A stretch of 64,000 bases of DNA from Octopus sinensis (Eukaryota): the NCBI RefSeq assembly GCF_006345805.1, contig NC_043002.1, positions 4,402,001-4,466,000 of the forward strand, given 5' to 3'. Positions 53,967-64,000 of this stretch are shown here, one piece after another (the stretch's first letter is position 1; each line of letters opens with the position of its first letter). The notes beneath the pieces were generated by a model. It ran no database searches. It was not told where the DNA came from and saw only the letters and a program-made list of their open reading frames with translations. The translations under genes and the position numbers were made by a program.

Positions 53967-54931
53967 CCGTATACTTATACATAAATACATACTATAATAT
54001 ATATATACTTATACATAAATACATACGTATATATAATATATGTGTGTGCATGTGTGTATGTCTGTATGTCTGTATGCATGTATGTGTGCACGTTTAGTAC
54101 AAATGTATGTACGACATCTTCAATTTCGCTTTTGTGTGAACACTTTCATTCAGTCCGACATCTTCCATTTTTTTTTTCACCAAATCAGATTTATTTCCAA
54201 CCCTGCCATAATCTCTACAAACTCCATCTTCCCTGGCCTTGTTTATTCAATTTTATTCAATCAAGCACCTCAACACACTTCCCTTCCTCCCTCATCCCTC
54301 TTTTGCCCTCTATTACACTTTGCTTCCCGCTACCACCACTCATTCCCCTTCCGCTTACACCCTTTATCCACTCTCTCAATTACAGCAGTTATTTCACGGC
54401 CCCTCACACTTCCGGTTTTAAAGCCCTAAACACTCAGCTTCCAATCTCGTTTATTTGTTCACTAATAAACCTTTGATTTCCTTCTCCTTCTCTTCCGTTG
54501 TTCCATCCCTTTCCTTTTCCTCTTCTTTATTTTGATCGTTTTTATTCCTCTCCCCTTCTTCTTCGTCTTCTTCTTCTTCTTCTCCTCCCTCTCCTCCTCC
54601 TTCTTCTTGATGTGTATACGCGTGCCCCTACGTATATACATTCGCACAAACATATGCATTTGCACATATCCGTATATGTTTATATCTATTCATGTACATG
54701 AACATGTGCGCAGGCGCGTGAGCGTGTCTCCATTCATAGATATTTGAAGACAATTATATACGTTCCTATGAATGTATATGCGGGATACATACATATGTAC
54801 ATACATATATACATACATATATATATATACTTACATGCATACATACACATACATATATACTTATATGCATACATACATACATACATACATACATACATAC
54901 ATACATACATACATACATACATACATACACA

Positions 54932-54984
<53 letters not shown>

Positions 54985-55269
54985 CAGTTCAGCAAAATTT
55001 AGATTCAGATAAATATGGTTCTTAAGTTAAAGGCATTTCAAAACTAATGTAATACTTACAGTGTTTAATAAAATGAAGTAGCATGAAACAATTGTACCAC
55101 TCTACCTTGGATATCCTTGTTGCTTATTTTGATATATATATATATATATATATATAAAGACACACATGTGCACGCGCACACGCACACATTTGGAGCTTCC
55201 CCCTTCTCTATATGTGTGTGTGTACATATACATACATATCATACACATACGCGCACGCACACACACGTT

Positions 55270-55620
55270 AAGTTTTACCTTTTACTTGTTTCACTCATTT
55301 GACTGTAGCCATGCTGGAGCACCGCCTTGAACAATTTTTTTTATTTTTTGTTATGCCTGGTTCTCTTTCCATTGGTCTCTTCTGGTGAATCGCTAGTATT
55401 AAGGGGACGTAAACGCACCCACACCGGTTGTCAAGCGTTTTGGGGGGACAAACACAAACAGAGACATACGCACACACACACACACACACACACATACATA
55501 TATGTATACAAAGGGCTTCTTTCAGTTTCTGTCTGCCAAATCCACTCACAAATCTTTGGTCGACCCGAGTAGTACCACTGAAGCCGGAGCCATGTGGTTG
55601 GGAAGCAATTGTCTTACCAT
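55270..55620 (-). mobile_element. Old SINE family A copy
   Basis: Tail, internal (CA)n and partial head. Another remnant lies at ~53085-53330. Confidence 0.8.
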
Positions 55621-56062
55621 ATGTGCGCACGTGTGTGTGTATTTATACATATGTAGATATGTATGTATATGCATACATGAATTCACACATACAGACTCAC
55701 TCACACACACACATATGGTGTTCAGTACTTCAGTTTCTTTAAATCGTTACTCGGAGTTTCATATCCTTATTGTTCAAAGAATGTAATAGTTTTAATCGTG
55801 AAGCGTTTATATAACGCCATACACTGTAACACATTTGCACACACATACAAGTACACATTTTGCATTGATATATATACACACACGATTATATATATATATT
55901 TTTTTTTCTAGTTTCAGCTCAGAGCTGCGGCCATGTTGATGGACCGCCGTTAAAATGTTTTGTGGAAAAATTTGTCAGCAGCCAGCCATGAAACGCAAAC
56001 TCACATCCCTGTGATTATTGGTCAAGTACTTTACCAATTAAGCTAAACTGCCCACTGACAAA

Positions 56063-56134
<72 letters not shown>

Positions 56135-56215
56135 GTTATATATATATATATATATATATATGTGTTACTCTTTTAACCTATCTCACTTTCTCTCTCTCCC
56201 TCTTCTTGTACATAC

Positions 56216-56262
<47 letters not shown>

Positions 56263-57399
56263 ACACACATTTACTAGCTCTCTCACTTGAACGTTACTCG
56301 CTTTCTGTCCTTCGATACCTTCTCGTTATTTCTTGATGCCTTTTATTTAACTCTATTTCATTCCATTTAATTATTCCACCACCAAGCATTTGATAGTTCT
56401 TTTCCAACTCCTTTTTCTAATCAACATCTCTCTCTCCGCGACTTAACCCATCTCTCCTCTTCTTTCCTTAACCCTTCTCTCCCTCCTTTTTCCTTTTTAT
56501 TCTTCTTTGTATGTCGTCTGCGTTCATTCACTATTTTCACTAACTGTCACCATCGTTCTCTTTTTGTTTTTTCGCCTTTCGCAATGTCTTTTTTAGAGAA
56601 AATAGTATCCCATAATTCTCTAGTCTATTGATATGCTATATTCTTTTTTTTTGTTTTTCACCTTAATTTAATCTCTTTATTTTATTTGTTCGTTGTTAGT
56701 CATGGTGTTGGTGGTGGTGGTGCAGAGGCCGGTTTTCGCTTTCTCTTTAGTCCTTCATTGCCGTTGGCTGACAGATAGCCTTTTTGCAATGATTAAAGCT
56801 TATTATACGACATTATCAACTATAAAATGGCAGGCAAGTATGGCGCGGCCGACATTGTTCAATATAATATAATATAATATGATATAATATAAAGGTTAAC
56901 AGTTTGATGACAGTATGGACATTCGTGTGCTGTGGGCTATAGTTAAATGAGCACGACATTGCTGTTGATGCTGAGGCAGATGCCGTTGTTGTGAGTGCCA
57001 TCTTATCTGGTAGTCAAATGTGTTAGAAATAACAACGCAATCGTCTATAAATCACAGCCTAGCATCTTAAAGACGGGGGAAAAACGGAAAAGAACAGAGA
57101 AATGCTAGACTGCACTACAGATGCAAACACTTTGTCTCTTTGTCGATAGAAATGGTGAGCAAAATTTTTTTCAGTCCTGTATTGAGATTTTATCAATGAC
57201 CGCATAACTTTTTCTTTTTTACTACCCCTAGATATACTGCTTATAAACTCACAACAACTACAAAGAGCTTAAGAAAGTTGGGTACATCAATGTGTTCCTG
57301 GCAGCGAACTCGATTAACAATATATTGCGGATGTTAACGGGGTTTTATTTCAAAGCTGTACTGCATTATGGAATATATCTATAGATTGTAGTCAGCACT

Positions 57400-57715
57400 G
57401 TTGTTTGACTGCGGCCATGCAGGAGCACCACCTTTAGTCGAACAAATCGACTCAGAGACTTATTCTATCGATCGCTTTTGCCGAACCGCTAAGTTACGGG
57501 GACGTAAACACACCGACATCGGTTGCCAAGCGATGGTGAGGGGGAACAAACACAGGCACACAAATACACAAATACACACACACACACATACACACACACA
57601 CACACACCATATATACACGGCGGGTTTCTTTCAGTTTCCGTCTACCAAATCCACTCACAAGGCTTTGGTCAGCCTGCGACTACAGTAGAAGACACTTGCC
57701 CAAGGTGCCACGCAG
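57400..57715 (-). mobile_element. SINE family A, head truncated
   Basis: Body matches family A and shares private variants with 59740-60185. Confidence 0.88.
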
Positions 57716-57779
57716 TTTCTGTTTCAAAGATGAAACAGCTTCGAGATGGCATTATTGCTTACAGTCATTGACACTTCTA

Positions 57780-58364
57780 CTCCTCAATGCCACCGTTTTT
57801 TCTTTTCTTTTTCTCCTCTTCTGGGTGAAGGACCTCAGATGGCCTTTGCTACCACACGTCTAGCAACAGGGCCTTCTATTTTGGACCCCAAATCTGACCG
57901 AACTTTCTATTCCCTCAATGAGGGAACATCTTCGAGGTAGCATTACTGTTTACGGAACCACTGAGAACAGAATGTCAATGCGGACACCACCGACATCGCG
58001 CTGTTCCCGGTTCAGCCCATGTCTGCCCTCCCTGAAGAGGTAATGACAAGTCAATAGTTTTGATATCGTAGTAATATCCCTGGCTTGGATCCTTGTGTTT
58101 ATGAGACCCATGTACAACAGGACTGGACTGTGAGCAGGCGCATGATAGCCACGCTCCAACTGCCCTCAACACATCATCCTCTTGAAAGCTAAGTGTACGT
58201 TCTGTTATCCTCTTCTTTGGTCGATCGACTGCATATTCGGTCAAACATCGGTCAGAGCCTCCACAATTTCTTCTTTCGAGGGAATACAAAAGAACTCCCA
58301 ACGGCGTTCGGGAAATTTTCTTCTCGTTCATTTCTGGATAAATGCCTTGAGCAAAGAGACATTC

Positions 58365-58365
<1 letters not shown>
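57780..58365 (-). pseudogene. Decayed gag-like ORF1 with zinc knuckle (L1/Tx1-like LINE)
   Basis: Minus strand 57880-57824 reads NRRPCC*TCGSKGHLRSFT (broken CX2CX4HX4C), preceded in another frame by PVLLYMGLINTRIQARDI. Stops and frameshifts are present. Confidence 0.5.
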
Positions 58366-58416
<51 letters not shown>

Positions 58417-58548
58417 CGACACGACGACGACGACGACCACGACGACCACCACCATCATCATCATCATCACCACCACCACCACCACCACCATCACCATCAT
58501 CATCATCATCATCATCATCACCACCACCACCACCACTACCACCACTAT

Positions 58549-58580
<32 letters not shown>

Positions 58581-58627
58581 TCATCACCACCACCACCACC
58601 ACCACCACCACCACCACCACCACCACC

Positions 58628-58661
<34 letters not shown>

Positions 58662-58770
58662 TCATCATCATTATCAACAACAACAACAAGAACAGCAACA
58701 ACAACAACAGCAACAACAACAACAACAGCAGCAGCAACAGCAATAACAACAGCAACAACAACAACAACAA
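58366..58770. repeat. Compound trinucleotide tract (CAT)n/(CGA)n/(CCA)n/(CAA)n
   Basis: Successive triplet runs. Confidence 0.95.
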
Positions 58771-59485
58771 TTGCAGAAACGACGCTTCCAACAACATTTT
58801 ACGGTAGAAATTGCAGCATTGCCTCAGACATGGCTTCTCTATTTAGTCTGATCGCCTTATCAGGTTTTTTGTGACTTCTGTTTATGTGTGACTCTACATG
58901 TTTATATTACGTATGTATCCATATATGTATCCATGTATGTATGTATGTATGTATGCATGCATGCATGTATGTGGATGTCTCTTGACGTCTGTCTCCCAAC
59001 TCTCTTCTCCCTCCCTAAATCTCCCGCTATTTTCTCCCTCTCTCTCTTTCAGTCACTCCTCCTTTTTTTCTCTCATTATTTATCTTCCTGTCCAATTAAT
59101 CCCCACCCCGCGTCACTTTATCGTTATTTCCTTTTCATTAAAACTCGCTTGATTTCTTTCTTTCTCTTCTTTTCCCCGTCACCTTTCCTCCTCTTCTGTT
59201 CACGCATTCTCGCTTCATCTCGTCAATTCTCGCCTTGTGTCTACCATTTTAAAAGCTATACCAACACGCTCCTTCCTTTATTTTTTCCGGTTTTTCTACC
59301 TTATAACTCGTTCTCTCGGATTCTCTTCCATGATTGTATCCTCTACTACTCCTTATCCTTTGTATCGTTCTTTAAATTATTCTCATCCACCCCTCATAAA
59401 TCCTCCTCCTCTTCCACTTTACACACACACACACTTGCATACACACAGATGTATACCATGTATACGTACATACGTATATACTTCC

Positions 59486-59534
<49 letters not shown>

Positions 59535-59552
59535 GTGTATGTGTGTGTGTTT

Positions 59553-59591
<39 letters not shown>

Positions 59592-59661
59592 ATCTTTTAC
59601 TACTCTTTTACTTGTTACAGTCACTTGACTGCGGGCGGGCATACTGGAGCACCGCCTTAAA

Positions 59662-59703
<42 letters not shown>

Positions 59704-59739
59704 TTTATATGGACGTAACTATATGTATGTATGTGTGTA

Positions 59740-60185
<446 letters not shown>

Positions 60186-60867
60186 TTCTACAAAATTCTA
60201 TTAGTATTTATTGCTTTACAGTTTGCTAATATCATTGTGTTTGATTACGATTCTGTTTTGTGGGTCTGTCTGTGTGTCCAATTCTGAATATCGCAGTATA
60301 TGTGTACCATGAAGGCAAATGTGGCTGTAGTTTGATGATGTTTTCTATATGACCCTCTTTCTCTCTCCCTCTTTCTGTCTCTTTTTCCCCCCTCATTTTC
60401 TCTCCTATCTTTCTCTCTCTCCCGCTTTCTGCACGCGTTAAGAGAGGGAAAATAGAAAGGAATGGTCCATTTTTGTGTGTTTGTATGTTTGTTTATGGTT
60501 TGTTTTCTTTCCTTTTTTTATTTTTATCTTTTTCAGTTTTACGTTCTATTTGTATGGTTGTCACAGGCAGCTATTAGTGGTTAATTATGATTGAACTACC
60601 AATTCCACCTAGAATGGGAATGAAAAAGGGAGAGAGAAAAAAAAAAGACACGAAAAACGAAGGGGAGGGAAACAAACAGAGAGGGAGAGAGAAAGAAAGA
60701 GAGAAAGAGAGGGTGGAGAGAAAGGAGAGAGAGGATTATTGAGAACGAGAGAAGACTAAATGGCAAAGATTCCTGAAACACAAAGACAGAGAACTACAAA
60801 TTGTGATATATACACACACGTTTACATACTTTTATATCTGTGTGTATATATACATATATACAGAGAG

Positions 60868-60902
<35 letters not shown>

Positions 60903-61419
60903 AGGAGAGAGAGAAAGGAAGGAAGAGAGAGTAAGAGATAGTGAGAAAGAGAATAAGAGGAGAGCATGTATATTTGTGTTTATGTGTGTGTGTGTATATA
61001 TGTATATGTGTGTATCTATGATTGATAGTAAGAGAGAGAGAGAGAGAGAGAGAGGTGGGTTAGAGAAAGAAGCTAATAAAGAGAGCTAGTGAGAAAGAGA
61101 TAGCACGTGATTAGGAGGGGCGCATGCGTATTTGTGCGTGTTTGATGAAGAGAGAAGGGGGAGTGAGTGCTGGTAAAGCTAAATAGGAAAAAAAAATATA
61201 ATATAGCAATAAATAAATTTAAGGCTAAAAAGAAAGGATATTTAACGAATGAATGGAAGGAAGAATAGAAGATTGAGAGAACGGGAGAATAGAAGAATGG
61301 GGGAATAAGGGCTTGGGATTGGCGGATTGGAAGAATTAGAGAAAGTAAAGTGTTCTGTCCGGAAGTAATGGTGGTGGTGGTGTTGGTGGGTGGAGGGCGT
61401 TAAGGTTTTGGAAACGTAT

Positions 61420-61423
61420 GAAC

Positions 61424-61474
<51 letters not shown>

Positions 61475-62370
61475 AAATGGGAGAAAATAAGAGAGATTGA
61501 AAGGAAACGTGATGGAGAAATTGAGAGACGTAGAAAGAGAGGTCGGAGTAAAAGAAAGGAAGATTGAATGAGAGGCACGAAGAGAAAGTATAATAGGGAG
61601 AGAGGGAGAAGAGAAGAGAGAAAGGAAAGTCTGGCCGAGAAGAAGAAAGGCTGAGATATAGAGAGAAAGAAAGAATGAAGGAAAGTAAAAAGAAAGAGTG
61701 TGTGAGGAGTAAGAGAGATAGAAAGAGAAACAAAAAGAAAAACAGGCAGACAGAAAGACAGAAAGAAAGAAAGGAAATAGAGAGACGGAAACAGTAGAAA
61801 GAAAGAAAGAGAAATAGATGGAGAGAAATGATGAAAAAGAAAGTGAAGAGAAAGAAAGTCAAAAACAGGAAGGTTGAGGGAGAGAAAGTAAGAGGGAGAT
61901 AGAGAAAAGATGAGAAAGACAGATAGAAAGGGAGGGAGAAGAAAAAATGAAAGTAAATGAAAGGAAAACAGATAGAAAGAGAAAGGGGAGAGAAAGAAAG
62001 AGGGGAAAGAGAGAAAGAGAGAGATAAAGGGATAAAGGGGAGAGGGAGAAATATAGGAGAAAGAAAGAAAAAGAAAAAGTGTACGAAAGAAAGAAAAAGA
62101 CAGGTTGAGGAAAAGAAAGACAGAGAGAAAAGAAAAGGAGGAGAAAAATAATGAAACTGAAAAAAGATAGGAAGAGAGTCTGAAGGGAGAGGGAGAGAGA
62201 GAGAGAGAGAGAATAAGAGAAAGAGAGAGAGAGAGAATGAGAAAAAGAGAGAGAGAATGAGAGAAAGAGAGAGAAAGAGAGAAATAAAAAGGGAGTGAGA
62301 AAGAGAGAGAGGAAGAAAGAAACTGAAAAAGAGGGTCTGAAGGGAGAGAGAGAGAGAGAGAGAGAGAGAG
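61420..62370. repeat. ~950-bp polypurine (GA-rich) low-complexity tract
   Basis: Plus strand is almost only A/G, including (GAAA)n and (GA)n. Confidence 0.9.
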
Positions 62371-63083
62371 TGTGTGTGTGAGAGTATTAGGTGGTGATGA
62401 TGGTACTAAATTCATGTTTGAACAATTACCAACTTCTATGGAACAACCGTCGTCCTTCATTCATTTAGATGGAGATTATTAGGTTAACTTGTTGGTTGTG
62501 AGTGGTGTGAGTGTGTGTGTCGTATGTTCGTTGTTACGGTCGTCTGCTTAAATGATTTGAACGAACGAATAAGAAAAACAAAGTGTAAAAAGACAACAAA
62601 AATAATAATTATAAGTTTACGAAATTGACTGACTCTAACATTGATTGACTTCCTCTCCTTCTCCCATTCGATCTTTCTATCCTTCATTCGGTTCCTTTCT
62701 TCTTTTCTTTCTTTTCTTTTTCGCTCTCATTTACCTTTTCTTTCTCTCTTCCTTTGTTTTCGTTTCTCTTTCTCTATTTCTTTAATTATTTTCTCTTTTT
62801 CTCTTTCTTCATCTCTCCCATCTTTCCTTACTTTTCTTTTTTTTTTCTTTTTAATCATTTTATTTTCATTAATGAGAAAACTGAAAGGAACATATTTCAA
62901 AAGGAAAATGGGGGAGAAGAGAAACTTGTACAAACACACACAAACATTCAAGCATATTCTTGCTCTCCGACAAACGCAGAGCACCTTCGGCTTTTTCTCT
63001 CCAAAACGGCTTTTCAGTCCAACGTTTATATGCTGCCACTTAAAGCTTTATCTACTTAGAGATATCACCGAGTCCCACAAATG

Positions 63084-63590
<507 letters not shown>

Positions 63591-63943
63591 TATAACCCCA
63601 ATCATCAGACTTCTATATCACTTTCTCATAGTTTGATACTATAAACTATATTTTAATTTTTTAAACAAAAAAGTATGTGTAAGATAGGTTCGCCAGACCC
63701 TACAGTACAAGCCATACTTTAATTCAAATAAAAAATTACAAAAATAAATAAATATATAATATATAATTCTTAAACAAGAATGTTGTTTCACCCAGTTATG
63801 TCATCGTCGGCTTCATCTTTTGAATGTCCCTTATACGTATTCCAGCCCAAGTTACTCTTCAAAGTTCATACACCCAGGTTATATACTCCGCACTACTATT
63901 GCTTAACTTAGTCTGAAATACTTATCTAACTTTCGAAGGACGG

Positions 63944-64000
63944 TCACTTCTGGCTGTCGTCATCATCGCTGTTCTGAGAATCGGGCAGGGATGCTGTTTC
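63944..64000 (-). CDS. Possible end of a terminal coding exon of a host gene (runs off the window)
   Basis: Minus frame from 64000 reads ETASLPDSQNSDDDDSQK* in non-repetitive, GC-richer sequence. Only 19 codons are visible. Confidence 0.25.
   Translation of the reverse strand, partial: ETASLPDSQNSDDDDSQK

Noticed and set aside
58182-58874. 230-aa and 204-aa ORFs
   Set aside because: Read-through of triplet repeats plus the antisense strand of a decayed LINE ORF1.
61242-62460. Leu/Ser/Phe-rich 'membrane protein' ORFs
   Set aside because: Translation of a polypyrimidine low-complexity strand.

Overview
Eukaryotic, AT-rich and extremely repeat-dense DNA. The tRNA-derived SINE families and microsatellite load look like an Octopus (coleoid cephalopod) genome; this is inferred from recognising the repeats, not from a database search. 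No intact host gene is visible, apart from a possible last coding exon at the extreme right edge. The window is a mosaic of: a dead mariner; nested CR1-like LINE fragments; three R4/Dong-type RLE LINE 3' ends inside (TAA)n; a decayed HERO/R2-like LINE; a decayed L1/Tx1-like ORF1; three non-autonomous Helitrons; a piggyBac MITE; Penelope-like fragments with minimal hammerhead-like motifs; at least four SINE types; a 4.9-kb GACA-derived satellite with a ~935-bp higher-order duplication; and a 4.5-kb (TATG)n tract. Almost all ORFs in the track are artefacts of simple repeats. The most interesting signals are: (1) one SINE forms head-to-tail arrays at three loci, always joined at the same base in its own anticodon-arm hairpin, with an apparent age gradient, suggesting self-targeted retroposition; (2) a Helitron carries pieces of a highly structured repeat found at 63.2 kb; (3) hammerhead-like motifs with a variant core; (4) each element family sits in its own type of microsatellite.
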